Below are positions 10,116 to 19,949 of a DNA stretch of 64,000 bases, piece after piece. The notes beneath the pieces are model-generated. The model was not told the origin of the DNA, did no database searches, and worked only from the letters and a program-made list of their open reading frames with translations. Positions within the stretch are counted from its first letter, which is position 1. Each line of letters opens with the position of its first letter. The position numbers and the translations under genes are program-made. The DNA lies in the NCBI GenBank assembly GCA_965242485.1, contig CBDESM010000003.1, positions 1,357,362 through 1,421,361 on the forward strand, given 5' to 3'. The DNA is from Dehalococcoidia bacterium (GTDB taxonomy: Bacteria; Chloroflexota; Dehalococcoidia; Bin125).

Positions 10116-10137
10116 GCCCGGCAGCGAAGGCGGCAGC

Positions 10138-10725
10138 ATGCCCTCCATCAACACCATCGTCGCCCACGTCGAGGACCGCCCCGGCGTCCTCGCCCGCGTC
10201 GCCTCCCTCTTCCGCCGCCGCGGCTTCAACATCGAGTCGCTCACCGTCGGCCCCTGCGAGGAAGCGGGCATCTCCCGCATGACCATCGTCGTCGACGGCG
10301 ACGACCGCACCGTCGACCAAGTCTGCCGCCAGCTCTACAAGCTGATCGACGTCGTCTCCGTCTTCGACATCACCTACTCGCCGATGGTCGACCGCGAGCT
10401 GGCGATGATCAAAGTCGCGGCCCAGAACTTCAACCGCCGCGAAGTGCTCGACGTCGTCCAGATGTTCCGCGCCGACGTGGTCGACGTCAACGAAGATTCG
10501 CTGATCGTCCAAGTCCTCGGCGACGAGGGCAAGGTCAACGCCGCGCTGCGCATGTTCGAGCCCTTCGGCATCCTCGAGATGGTGCGCACCGGCCGCGTCG
10601 CGATGACCCGCGGCTCGCAGACCAGCAAGCCGCCGCCGATGTCCGACGCCGAAGCCACCGCCGCCGCCGTCCGCGCCATGCTCGGCCGCCGCCCCGAAGG
10701 CGTGCTGCCCTTCGCCAGCGACTGA
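10138..10725 (+). CDS. ilvN: Acetolactate synthase small (regulatory) subunit
   Basis: ACT domain start [35 protein letters not shown]. Confidence 0.85.
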   Translation: MPSINTIVAHVEDRPGVLARVASLFRRRGFNIESLTVGPCEEAGISRMTIVVDGDDRTVDQVCRQLYKLIDVVSVFDITYSPMVDRELAMIKVAAQNFNRREVLDVVQMFRADVVDVNEDSLIVQVLGDEGKVNAALRMFEPFGILEMVRTGRVAMTRGSQTSKPPPMSDAEATAAAVRAMLGRRPEGVLPFASD

Positions 10726-10829
10726 TCGCGGCTGATCGCGGCCGCCCGCGTCGGAGCCCGCGGCCGTCGGCGGTAGACTCGCGCCGCCACGCCGATTTCC
10801 CCGCGCCAGCCCCGAGCCAGGAGCCGACC

Positions 10830-11834
10830 ATGCCCGCCACGATGTACTACGACGCCGACGCCGACCTCGACCTGCTCGCCGGCAAGAAAGTCGCCGTGAT
10901 CGGCTTCGGCTCGCAGGGCCACGCGCACGCCCTCAACCTGCGCGACTCCGGCGTCGACGTCATCGTCGGCCTCTACCCCGGCTCGCGCAGCTGGCGGAAG
11001 GTCGAGGAATCCGGACTCGCCGTCGACACCGTCGCCGACGCGGCCGCGGCCGCCGACATCGTGATGGTGCTCACCCCCGACCACGTCCAGAAGCAGATCT
11101 ACGACCAGCACATCGCCCCCTCGATGGTCGAGGGCAAGACCCTGATGTTCGCGCACGGCTTCGCCATCCACTACAACCAGGTGCAGGCCCCGCCCGAGGT
11201 CGACGTGACGATGATCGCGCCCAAGGGCCCCGGCCACCTCGTCCGCCGCGTCTTCGAAGAGGGCGGCGGCGTGCCCGCCCTGCTCGCCATCCACCAGGAC
11301 GCCTCCGAAACCGCCAAGGACATCGCCCTCGCCTACGCCAAGGGCATCGGCGGCACCCGCGCCGGCGTGCTCGAAACCACCTTCCTCGAAGAAACCGAGA
11401 CCGACCTCTTCGGCGAGCAGTCCGTCCTCTGCGGCGGCGTCACCGCGCTCATGCAGTCCGCCTTCGAAGTCCTCGTCGAAGCCGGCTACCAGCCCGAATC
11501 CGCCTACTTCGAGACGATCCACGAGGTCAAGCTGATCGTCGACCTGATCTACGAAGGCGGCTTCGCCAACATGCGCTACTCCGTCAGCGACACCGCCGAA
11601 TACGGCGACCTCACACGCGGCCCGCGCATCATCGACGCCTCCGTCAAGGAGCGCATGCGCGGCATCCTCAACGACATCCAGGACGGCGCCTTCGCCCGCG
11701 AATGGATCATGGAGAACCAGACCGGCCGCCCCGGCTTCGACAAGCTCCGCGCCCGCGCCGCCCGCCACCCCAGCGAAGCAGTCGGCGCCGAACTCCGCGG
11801 CATGATGGCCTGGCTAAACGAAGCCGCCGACTGA
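10830..11834 (+). CDS. ilvC: Ketol-acid reductoisomerase
   Basis: 334 aa; [23 protein letters not shown] Rossmann region, class I KARI. Confidence 0.9.
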   Translation: MPATMYYDADADLDLLAGKKVAVIGFGSQGHAHALNLRDSGVDVIVGLYPGSRSWRKVEESGLAVDTVADAAAAADIVMVLTPDHVQKQIYDQHIAPSMVEGKTLMFAHGFAIHYNQVQAPPEVDVTMIAPKGPGHLVRRVFEEGGGVPALLAIHQDASETAKDIALAYAKGIGGTRAGVLETTFLEETETDLFGEQSVLCGGVTALMQSAFEVLVEAGYQPESAYFETIHEVKLIVDLIYEGGFANMRYSVSDTAEYGDLTRGPRIIDASVKERMRGILNDIQDGAFAREWIMENQTGRPGFDKLRARAARHPSEAVGAELRGMMAWLNEAAD

Positions 11835-11853
11835 GCGGAGGCGTCCTCGGCTG

Positions 11854-11979
11854 CTAAGCGTCGTCTTCGGCGCGGCCGACCTTGAGCGCGACGGTTAACT
11901 CTTCTGGGCTGCCGCCCCAGCGTTCGCGGGCCCATTTGAGGACGGGGCCTTGCACGTTTGCTGGTCTGTTGTCGGCCAT
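11854..11979 (-). CDS. Possible 41-aa small ORF (HTH-like fragment)
   Basis: MADNRPANVQGPVLKWARERWGGSPEELTVALKVGRAEDDA, with GGAG/GGGAG RBS, 40 nt downstream of the PH-domain gene. Resembles an XRE-type helix N-terminus; may be a remnant. Confidence 0.2.
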   Translation of the reverse strand: MADNRPANVQGPVLKWARERWGGSPEELTVALKVGRAEDDA

Positions 11980-12019
11980 TGCTCGCTCCCACTCCTACGA
12001 TACGCGGGTGCGCGGCCGT

Positions 12020-12553
12020 TCAGCGGGTTTTTGCGTCGATGCTTTTGAGCAGGTCGCGGATTTCTTCTAGGACGGGTTGGTCGCTTGTTGGGGCGGAGGG
12101 CGCGGGGGTGGGGCTGCTGCTGGTTGTTACTTGGTCGCGTTGGTTGAGGACGGCGTCGCGGAATGCTTCGGTGTCGATGATGCCGTAGAGGTTGCCTTCG
12201 GCGCTGGCGTTGGGGCCGCCGGAGCCGGCTGTTTCGACGCGCAGGCCGCGGATGCCGTAGCGCCGCATGATCGGGCCGTGGTGCAGGCGCAGGTCGGTGA
12301 TCCGGTCCAGCGGGATCGTCGCCTCGCTCTTGGTGAAGACGCCGCGCCGGATCTCCAGCGAGCGCTCGGTCAGCCGCGCCGAGAGGCTGCGGTAGTAGGC
12401 CGGCGCGAACCAAGCCGAGAAGATCAGCCAGAAGGGGATCAGCGGAATCCCCGCCACCGTGATGAAGAGCAGCCCCGTCACCCACCAGCGCCCGTAGGCC
12501 TGCACCGCCGGGTCGAACTCCGCCTCCAGCAGCACCGTCTCGTTCCTCGCCAT
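12020..12553 (-). CDS. PH-domain (bPH_2/YdbS-like) membrane protein
   Basis: Start MARNETVLLEAEF. Two TM helices, then the conserved RGVFTKSEATIPLDRITDL bPH_2 pattern. Confidence 0.6.
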   Translation of the reverse strand: MARNETVLLEAEFDPAVQAYGRWWVTGLLFITVAGIPLIPFWLIFSAWFAPAYYRSLSARLTERSLEIRRGVFTKSEATIPLDRITDLRLHHGPIMRRYGIRGLRVETAGSGGPNASAEGNLYGIIDTEAFRDAVLNQRDQVTTSSSPTPAPSAPTSDQPVLEEIRDLLKSIDAKTR

Positions 12554-12776
12554 CGCGCACCTCCGTCCGCGGCACCCGGCCGCGCCCCGCAACGCTAGCG
12601 AACAGTGGAGCGCGACGCACGGCTGCCTCGCGCTTCCGCCTGCCGGGGGTCTTGCAGTGGACCGGGCCCGGCGGCTATCTTGCGTGCGCCGGCGAGAGCC
12701 GGCCGGGGTTCACGGGCGAGCACCGCGGGGCCTGCATCCACGTATATGACGGCGGGGCAGACGGGAGGGGGCGGCG

Positions 12777-14225
12777 ATGGGCCTAATGGCGCTATTTCGG
12801 CGGGCGGCTGCGCTGCTCGTCGCAGTCGGGCTGCTGGCCGTTTCGGTGGCGGGCGTGTCCGCGGACAACGGGGATGAAGAGACCGCCGTGGCGGCTGTGG
12901 CAACTGAGTTGCGGCCGACGCGGGTGGTTGCCGAGATTCCTGAGGGGTATGAAACATTGTTCCCGCTTGAGTGGGGAGGTGGCAGCCTGCTTCAACTCAA
13001 GGGCCGGTTGGCTGATCTCGGTTGCGCGATGAACACGCTGTGGTTCTATGATCGGGATAGATGGAATGGATACAACCGGTATGATCTGACGTACGATTTC
13101 CCGACCAATCGGCAGTTTCTCCAGCACTATGACCAAGAGGTACCCGCCGGCACGCTCTACGCGACCTGCGCGGATCAACCAGTCGGGAACGACCTACAGC
13201 CGACGCAGATCATCGCGGAGGTGCCGGAAGAATACGACACGATGTTTGAGCTGCAATGGGGAGGCGGGTCACTGCTGCATTTCAAGGGCCGTCTTGCCAC
13301 GATGGGGTGCATCGCAAACAACATTGAGATACACGATCTCGGTGCTGGTCGCACCTACACCTACAATCAATACAACACAAACTCAACAGACAGAGCAAAT
13401 CAACAATTCCTTACCAGCTTTGAACAATTCATACCTTCTGGAGCATTTTCGGCTGATTGCTATAACATCTGTGAATTCAAAGACAGGGAGTGTGTTTCGT
13501 TTGAGGGAGCACGAGATCAACATCAATATTATACAAGTGAAAAGTATCGTCTACAGGACGCAATTTGCACTAATGACTTTCACCCTATCGTTAAAGAAAA
13601 AGTTTTCCCTATACTACCTATGCTTCCCAATATTTGTATCATTAGATCTGGAAATAACACTGGATTTTATGGAGTTGGAGGTACTACATATACTTCAAAT
13701 TCTATACTGTATACCTTAAATATACAACCCTTTATCATGATATTCAGCGACAAAAATTACTATCGTAGAGATAACGAACATAGCGATATTTTGCTCCATG
13801 CAGAAATTCATGAATTGTGTCATATAAATCAACGATGGCACTGGACTCAACGATTAGCGCCCAACTTGAGTTATAACTATTCAGCCAATGCGCCTTGGCA
13901 ATATTTGCAAGCAAGTGAACATGGGAAAGAATTTATGATTGCCATAGGATATCAGATTGGTGGTATTGATTATGTGCCAAGCGCTACGGTATACAAAGAC
14001 ATATATAGTCCAGGAAGTATTATAGAGTTATCAGCTGAATTGTGCACTATGTATATTTTAGATAAAATGGGTCTTAATACTGCTTATAATTATCGCACAT
14101 GGAACATGTGGGATAAGATATTTGAAGAAATTCCAATTCGTGACTTCAATGTAAACAAATACCTCACCCCCCAAATCCGTGAATGGCTTGAAACCTATAT
14201 GATACTCCCTGAAATCACGGAATGA
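12777..14225 (+). CDS. Secreted protein with two N-terminal tandem ~95-aa repeats and a C-terminal HExxH zinc-metallopeptidase-like motif
   Basis: Signal peptide MGLMALFRRAAALLVAVGLLAVSVAGVSA. Repeats AEIPEGYETLFPLEWGGGSLLQLKGRLADLGC... and AEVPEEYDTMFELQWGGGSLLHFKGRLATMGC.... HAEIHELCH motif. GC drops from ~65% to ~35% within the ORF, around nt 13440. Confidence 0.55.
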   Translation: MGLMALFRRAAALLVAVGLLAVSVAGVSADNGDEETAVAAVATELRPTRVVAEIPEGYETLFPLEWGGGSLLQLKGRLADLGCAMNTLWFYDRDRWNGYNRYDLTYDFPTNRQFLQHYDQEVPAGTLYATCADQPVGNDLQPTQIIAEVPEEYDTMFELQWGGGSLLHFKGRLATMGCIANNIEIHDLGAGRTYTYNQYNTNSTDRANQQFLTSFEQFIPSGAFSADCYNICEFKDRECVSFEGARDQHQYYTSEKYRLQDAICTNDFHPIVKEKVFPILPMLPNICIIRSGNNTGFYGVGGTTYTSNSILYTLNIQPFIMIFSDKNYYRRDNEHSDILLHAEIHELCHINQRWHWTQRLAPNLSYNYSANAPWQYLQASEHGKEFMIAIGYQIGGIDYVPSATVYKDIYSPGSIIELSAELCTMYILDKMGLNTAYNYRTWNMWDKIFEEIPIRDFNVNKYLTPQIREWLETYMILPEITE

Positions 14226-14232
14226 GGGCACG

Positions 14233-15168
14233 ATGAGATTCGGCATTCACCTGATCCAGCAGAACATCTCGATGGCGGAGTGCCGGGGGCTTTGGCGCTG
14301 GGCTGATGGGGCGGGGTTTGACTGGTTCGATGTTTCGGACCACTTCTATGAGTCGCCGCAGACGCCGAAGAACGGGCCGTATCTGGAGTGCTTGGCGTGC
14401 CTTGCGGCGCTGGCTTGCGACACCGAGCGGATGCGGATCGGGACCGTGGTGCTGGCGATGGATTACCGGCATCCGGCCGTGCTTGCGAATGCGCTGGCGG
14501 CGATTGACCAGCTCGCGGAGGGGCGGCTGGAGCCGGGTTTCGGGGCGGGCTGGAATCAGCAGGAGTACGAGGCCTACGGGATTCCGTTCGAGCGGATCGG
14601 GCGGCGGCTCGATGTGCTGGAGGAGGGCATCCGGGTGATCCGGCTGCTGTTCGAGCGCGAGCGGGCCGATTTCCAGGGGCGGTTTTTCCAGCTGCGCGAC
14701 GCCGCCTGCCAGCCCAAGCCGCTGCAGGAGCGGGTCCCGTTCTGGATCGGCGGCAACGGCGAGCGGCGCACGCTGCGGCTGATCGCCGAGCATGCCGACG
14801 GCTGGAACTCGCCCTACGTCACGGCGGAGGAATGGCGTCGGCTCTCGGCCGTGCTCGACGCCCATTGCGAGGCGGTCGGCCGCGATCCCGCCACAATCCA
14901 GCGCGACGTCAACCTCTCCTTCCACCTCGCGGCGAGCGAGGCGCACCGCGAGCGCTCGGAGGCGCATTTCACGGAGGCGTTCGGCCCGGCCGGCGACGCC
15001 TTCCGCTCGCGCGGCGCGGTGCTGGGCACGCCGCCGGAGGCGGTCGAGATGCTGGGCGCGTACGCGGAGGCGGGCGTCGACCGGATCAACATCGCGTTGC
15101 GCCCGCCGCTCGACTGGGACGCGCTGCGCGCCTGGGCCGGCGAGGTGCTGCCGGCGTTCGCCGAGTAG
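14233..15168 (+). CDS. LLM-class (luciferase-like) F420/flavin-dependent oxidoreductase
   Basis: 311 aa. TIM-barrel LLM pattern (FDWFDVSDHF..., ERMRIGTVVLAMDYRHPAVLANALAAIDQLAEGRLEPGFGAGW). Confidence 0.65.
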   Translation: MRFGIHLIQQNISMAECRGLWRWADGAGFDWFDVSDHFYESPQTPKNGPYLECLACLAALACDTERMRIGTVVLAMDYRHPAVLANALAAIDQLAEGRLEPGFGAGWNQQEYEAYGIPFERIGRRLDVLEEGIRVIRLLFERERADFQGRFFQLRDAACQPKPLQERVPFWIGGNGERRTLRLIAEHADGWNSPYVTAEEWRRLSAVLDAHCEAVGRDPATIQRDVNLSFHLAASEAHRERSEAHFTEAFGPAGDAFRSRGAVLGTPPEAVEMLGAYAEAGVDRINIALRPPLDWDALRAWAGEVLPAFAE

Positions 15169-15223
15169 CCCCGCTCTAGACTGCGCCCGAACCTGTTCAG
15201 ATCAAGCACCAAGGGAGTTGTCC

Positions 15224-16825
15224 ATGCCCGCCGATCAGACGCGCGAATCTTGGAAGCCGGGACAGGACTGGAAGGGCGCGATCGAGGAGATCGAGTACAT
15301 CAAGTCGCTCGCCCGCGAGATGGGCGGCCCGGCCCGGATCGAGCGCCAGCACTCCGGCGGGCGCTACACGATCCGCGAGCGGATCGACAAGTTCCTCGAT
15401 CCGGGTTCTTTCTTCGAGGCCGGCCCGCTGGTCGGCGCCTACGAGTACGACGGCGACGGCAACCTGCGCGATTTCACGCCGGGCGCGTTCGTGATGGGGA
15501 TGGGCAAGATCGACGGGCGCGACGTGGTGATCGGCGGCGACGATTTCACGATCTCCGGCGGCAGTCCGCACAACGTCTCCAAGGGCGCGTCGCAGTTCGC
15601 CACGCCGATGGCGATGCAGTACGGCCTGCCCTACGTGCAGCTGATCGAGGGCGTCGGCCACAGCGCCAAGCGCGACGAGGAGGAGGGCCGCATGGCCCTG
15701 CCCGGCGGCAACATCTGGTGGCGCCACATCGAGCTGCTCAAGAAGGTGCCCGTCGCCTCCGGGATCATGGGCTCCGTCGCCGGCGCGCCCGCGGCCTTCG
15801 CGCTGCTTTCGCACTTCACCGTGATGGTCAAGGGCAACTCGCAGATCTTCCCCTCCGGCCCGCCCGTCGTCCGCCGCGCCATCGGCGAGACCTTCAACAA
15901 GGAGGAGCTGGGCGGCCACAAGGTGCACGTCCACCAGAGCGGCCAGGTCGACAACGAAGCCGAATCCGAAGAGGACGCCTTCAACCAGATCAAGCAGTTC
16001 CTCTCCTACCTGCCCAACACCACCAACGACGTGCCCGAGCGGATCGAGACCGGCGACGACCCGAACCGCCGGGTCGAGGAGCTGCTGCGGATCATCCCCG
16101 AGAACCGCAAGCGCGCCTACGACCCGCGCAAGCTGATCCGGCTGGTCGTCGACAACGGCGAGTTCTTCGAGATGCGGCCGAAGTGGGGCGGCGCGATCAT
16201 CACCGGCTTCGCCCGCATCGGCGGCTACTCGATCGGGGTGATGGCGAGCGACCCGCTGGTCATGGCCGGGGCGATGAACGGCGACGCGGCCGACAAGTTC
16301 GCCCACTTCGTCGACCTCTGCGACGGCTTCAACCTGCCGATGGTGATCTTCCTCGACATGCCCGGCTTCATGCTGGGCTCGGCTGCCGAGCGGCAGGCGA
16401 CGATGCGGCGCGGCACGCGCGCACTGATCGCGGCCTACGAGGCCGACGTGCCCAAGGTCGAGTTCAACATCCGCAAGTCATACGGCGTCGCGGCCGACGC
16501 GCCCAACAGCATGGGCGAGCCGTTCGGCGTCAACATGCGCTTCGGCTGGCCCGCCGGCGAGTGGGGCGGCATCCCGATCGAGGGCGGCGTCGCCGCCGCC
16601 TACAAGCGCGAGATCGAATCGGCCGAGAACCCGGAAGCGCACCGCGAGATGATCGAGAACCGCCTGCTGCGCCTGCGCAGCCCGATGAAGGCGGCCCACA
16701 ACTTCGACGTGATCGACCTGATCGACCCGCGCGACACCCGCCGCATCGCCCACCGCTTCATCGAAGCCGCCCAGCCGATGCTCAAGCGCCTAGCCCAGCG
16801 CCCCAAACGCGTGATCAGGCCCTAA
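15224..16825 (+). CDS. Acyl-CoA carboxylase carboxyltransferase (beta) subunit
   Basis: Start MPADQTRESWKPG with AAGGGAG RBS. Typical PccB/AccD5-like carboxyltransferase N and C domains. The 5' 144 codons of the listed ORF are extension. Confidence 0.8.
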   Translation: MPADQTRESWKPGQDWKGAIEEIEYIKSLAREMGGPARIERQHSGGRYTIRERIDKFLDPGSFFEAGPLVGAYEYDGDGNLRDFTPGAFVMGMGKIDGRDVVIGGDDFTISGGSPHNVSKGASQFATPMAMQYGLPYVQLIEGVGHSAKRDEEEGRMALPGGNIWWRHIELLKKVPVASGIMGSVAGAPAAFALLSHFTVMVKGNSQIFPSGPPVVRRAIGETFNKEELGGHKVHVHQSGQVDNEAESEEDAFNQIKQFLSYLPNTTNDVPERIETGDDPNRRVEELLRIIPENRKRAYDPRKLIRLVVDNGEFFEMRPKWGGAIITGFARIGGYSIGVMASDPLVMAGAMNGDAADKFAHFVDLCDGFNLPMVIFLDMPGFMLGSAAERQATMRRGTRALIAAYEADVPKVEFNIRKSYGVAADAPNSMGEPFGVNMRFGWPAGEWGGIPIEGGVAAAYKREIESAENPEAHREMIENRLLRLRSPMKAAHNFDVIDLIDPRDTRRIAHRFIEAAQPMLKRLAQRPKRVIRP

Positions 16826-16839
16826 CCGGGCGCGGGGCC

Positions 16840-17388
16840 TCAGGCCGACTTGGTCTCCCACACGGCGGGGTGGCAGTAGTCGTCATCTTCATCGACGTCG
16901 TAGGGGATGAGCGCGGCTGCGTAGGGGATTTCTTCGTCCTGCTTGGAGACCTTGATCGCCGTGTGCGCTCTCGCCATCTCCGCCACTTGGGCCGCGGTCA
17001 AGTTCAGCACCTCATGGATGATGTCTTCGACGGATGCGATCTCCATGGCGGAGAAGCCGCCGAGTTCAGCGCGTTGCAGCGCTACCGGCCGCTGCTGCGA
17101 CTTGCTGAAGCGGTCGCGGAGACGCATCCGAATCTGGTCTTTGTTCTGCAGCTCGCGGAGGTGCGCGTCCAAGTCCTTCAAGATCGGGCCGTGGCGGCCG
17201 CGCAGGAACGTGGCACCGGCGATCGGCTCGCCCCACAGCGAGTAGTGGTGGAACTCGCTCATCCAGAGAATCTGGTGAAGCTTGGCCTTGCCGAAGTGGT
17301 CGTCGCTGAAGCATCGTTCGGCCACGTAGAGGATCAGGTTGCGGAGTTTCTCCGCATCCAGTTCCGGTCGGAACGGGGAGATCTTCAT
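16840..17388 (-). CDS. Panacea-domain (DUF4065, SocA-like antitoxin) protein
   Basis: 182 aa. KLRNLILYVAERCFSD...KAKLHQILWMSEFHHYSLWGEPIAGATFLRGRHGPI matches the Panacea/DUF4065 pattern (KLQKLLY...G.P.....F.A...GPV). Confidence 0.65.
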   Translation of the reverse strand: MKISPFRPELDAEKLRNLILYVAERCFSDDHFGKAKLHQILWMSEFHHYSLWGEPIAGATFLRGRHGPILKDLDAHLRELQNKDQIRMRLRDRFSKSQQRPVALQRAELGGFSAMEIASVEDIIHEVLNLTAAQVAEMARAHTAIKVSKQDEEIPYAAALIPYDVDEDDDYCHPAVWETKSA

Positions 17389-17441
17389 GGCTGCGCGCTC
17401 CGGCTGCTCCGTACCGCCACGGCCTGACGATAGGGTATGCC

Positions 17442-17741
17442 GTGATGTCCGAGCTGCGAGATCCGATTACGGATGTTGAAATCACGGATTACTTCCGGGC
17501 GCAGTGGCGGAGGCTGCTGATGCCCGAACACCTGATCGACGAGATCGCGTTCTCCCTCTACGTCGAGTTCGTCGAAGCGCTGCCGCCGCGATCTCCGGAT
17601 GGGATGTTCTGGGTTTCGCGCGCCGCCCCGCGGCATCCGGACTCCCGCTTCTTCGGCGAGAGCATCCATATCTGCTGCCGCCTCGACGGGACGGTATTGG
17701 TGCTCGATCAGGTGATGACGCGACATCCGTGGCAATCTTGA
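17442..17741 (+). CDS. Hypothetical 99-aa protein, divergent from the Panacea gene
   Basis: Protein-like composition (MMSELRDPITDVEITDYFRAQWRRLLMPEHLIDEIAFSLYVEF...). No family recognised. Confidence 0.4.
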   Translation: MMSELRDPITDVEITDYFRAQWRRLLMPEHLIDEIAFSLYVEFVEALPPRSPDGMFWVSRAAPRHPDSRFFGESIHICCRLDGTVLVLDQVMTRHPWQS

Positions 17742-17798
17742 TGGTGCTCTTGTTCCGCTAGCCTCGCGGCTGCTGGATGCACGAGCCGGAGGGTTGCC

Positions 17799-18830
17799 AT
17801 GCGCGCGGTCGTGATGCGGGACTTCGAACTGATCGTCGACGACATCCCCGTGCCCGAGCCGGCGGCGGGCGAGGTGCTGGTCAAGACGCTGGCCTGCGGC
17901 ATCTGCGGGTCGGACCTGCACTTCCTCAAATTCGCGGAGGACATGGTGCGGGCGTCGAGGGAAGCGGGCTCCGGCGCCTTCACGGTCGACCTCGAGCGGG
18001 ACATCGTGATGGGCCACGAGTTCTGCTGCGAAGTCCTGGAGTACGGCCCGGGCACGGAGCCGACGGTGCCGGTCGGCGAGCGCGTCGTCAGCTTCCCGAC
18101 CAAAGGCGCCTACTCGAACGTCTATCCGGGCGGCTACGGCGAGTACCAGCTGCTGGACGCGGCGATGCTGCTGCCGGTGGCCGACTCGGTGCCGAGCGAG
18201 CACGCGGCGACGACGGAGCCGCTCGCGGTGGGGCTGCACGCGGCGCGGGCGGGGCGCTTCGCGGGCAACGAGGCGGCGGTCGTCTACGGCTGCGGCCCGG
18301 TCGGTCTGGCGACCATTGCGGCGCTGCGCTTGGACGGGATCGGGCCGATCATCGCCTCCGACTTCTCCCCGCGCCGGCGCGAGCTGGCCGGCGCGATGGG
18401 CGCGGACGCGGTGGTGGACCCGCGCGAAACGCCGCCGATGACGGCGCTGGAGCGGCGCGGCTCCTACGGCGAGGTGGTGATGTTCGACGCGATCGGCGTG
18501 CCGGGCACGATCGACCTGCTGATGCGCGAGGCGCCGGGTCGCGGCACGCGGCTCGTGATCGCCGGCGTCTGCATGCAAGATGATCAGATCCGCCCGATGG
18601 CCGGGATCGAAAAGGAACTCTCGATCAAATTCGTGCTCGCCTACACGCCGGCGGAGTTCGCCGACAGCTTGGACGCGATCACGGACGGACGCATCGATCC
18701 GTCGAACCTGGTGACGGGCAAAGTCGGGCTGGACGGCGTGCCGGGCGCGTTCGAGACCTTGGCGGACCCGGAGGAGCACTGCAAGATCATCGTGACGCCG
18801 CATGAAGCGAACGCGCTCAAGGCGCGGTGA
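17799..18830 (+). CDS. Zinc-dependent alcohol dehydrogenase (MDR family)
   Basis: GEVLVKTLACGICGSDLH motif and a GxGxxG region. Confidence 0.75.
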   Translation: MRAVVMRDFELIVDDIPVPEPAAGEVLVKTLACGICGSDLHFLKFAEDMVRASREAGSGAFTVDLERDIVMGHEFCCEVLEYGPGTEPTVPVGERVVSFPTKGAYSNVYPGGYGEYQLLDAAMLLPVADSVPSEHAATTEPLAVGLHAARAGRFAGNEAAVVYGCGPVGLATIAALRLDGIGPIIASDFSPRRRELAGAMGADAVVDPRETPPMTALERRGSYGEVVMFDAIGVPGTIDLLMREAPGRGTRLVIAGVCMQDDQIRPMAGIEKELSIKFVLAYTPAEFADSLDAITDGRIDPSNLVTGKVGLDGVPGAFETLADPEEHCKIIVTPHEANALKAR

Positions 18831-19912
18831 CGAGTACGGTGATGCGCCCGCCGCTCTTCGGGATCAACCGCCAGGATGCATCTTCGGTCGCCGCATTCGC
18901 GGAGGATGTGCGGCGGATCGAGGCGCTCGGCTGGGATGCCGCGTGGACGCCGGAATCGCAACTGCGGCGGCGCGACACCTACGTGCTGCTCGCGGCGGCC
19001 GCGCAGGCGACCGAGACGATCCGGCTGGGCACGCTGCTGGCGAACCCGATCAACCGGCACCCGACCGTGGCGGCGTCCTCGATCTCGACGATTGACGAGC
19101 TGGCGCCGGGCCGCGTAGCGCTGGGCTACGGAGCGGGCGACACCGCGGTGCGGCTGGCCGGGCTGCGGCCGGCGCGGGTGCGCGAGATGGAGGACGGCAT
19201 CGTTTTGATGCGACGGCTGCTCGCGGGCGAACATGTCGAGGTCGGCGCGGAGCGCCCGGCGCATTTGCCCTTCCACCGCCCGGTGCCGGTCTGGCTGACG
19301 GCGGGCGGCCCGCGCACGCTGGAGATGGGCGGCCGCGCCGCCGATGGCGTGTTCATGCGGGTCGGCACGCATCCGGCCAACATCGACGCGACCGTGGCCC
19401 GGATCCGCGCGGGGGCGGCGGCCGCCGGCCGCGAACCGAACGACGTGCCGCTGGGGATCATCTTCCACACGGTGCTGGTTGACGATCCCTCGGAAGCCAC
19501 GGCGATGGCCAAGTCGATGGCGGCCGGCTACTACGAATACTCGCCGATGCTGTTCGCCCCGCCCGGCCTCGCATGGGACGGCCCGGACCCCGAAACACTC
19601 AAGCGCGAGCTCGGCATCTGGCCCGACTTCCATCACGCCCGCGACCTGCTCGCCAGCGGCGCGGCGGTCGATTTCCTCGGCGACGATCATGCCGACGCCT
19701 TCGCGCTGCGCGGCGGCACTGATGACGTGGCGGAGCAGCTGATCGGAGTGCTGCGCAATTGCGCCGACGCGGGCATCCGCTTCGAGCATGTAGTGCTGCA
19801 TCCGATTCCGGACCCGCGCACGCCGGATGTTGGGGCGGATGCATATACGGAGCGGGTCGCGCGCGAGGTGCTGCCGCGGGTGCGCGAGGAAGTTGCGCGC
19901 TGGCCGCTCTAA
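18827..19912 (+). CDS. LLM-class flavin/F420-dependent oxidoreductase
   Basis: 361 aa. GTGA overlap with the ADH stop; GTG start assumed, with an alternative ATG at 18842. LLM-like pattern (FGINRQ..., RLGTLLANPINRHP, VALGYGAG). Confidence 0.55.
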   Translation: MTSTVMRPPLFGINRQDASSVAAFAEDVRRIEALGWDAAWTPESQLRRRDTYVLLAAAAQATETIRLGTLLANPINRHPTVAASSISTIDELAPGRVALGYGAGDTAVRLAGLRPARVREMEDGIVLMRRLLAGEHVEVGAERPAHLPFHRPVPVWLTAGGPRTLEMGGRAADGVFMRVGTHPANIDATVARIRAGAAAAGREPNDVPLGIIFHTVLVDDPSEATAMAKSMAAGYYEYSPMLFAPPGLAWDGPDPETLKRELGIWPDFHHARDLLASGAAVDFLGDDHADAFALRGGTDDVAEQLIGVLRNCADAGIRFEHVVLHPIPDPRTPDVGADAYTERVAREVLPRVREEVARWPL

Positions 19913-19949
19913 CCTGCTGCCGGAACCGCGGGCAAGGCAGGAGGACGAG

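Noticed and set aside
14792-15223. 5' extension of the carboxyltransferase ORF (677 aa version), and likewise 36737..38953 (738 aa) and 57300..60629 (1109 aa)
   Set aside because: Internal ATGs with strong RBSs coincide with the conserved N-termini of the respective families (AccD-like, Leu-DH, NusA). The upstream portions are R/A-rich and overlap other genes.
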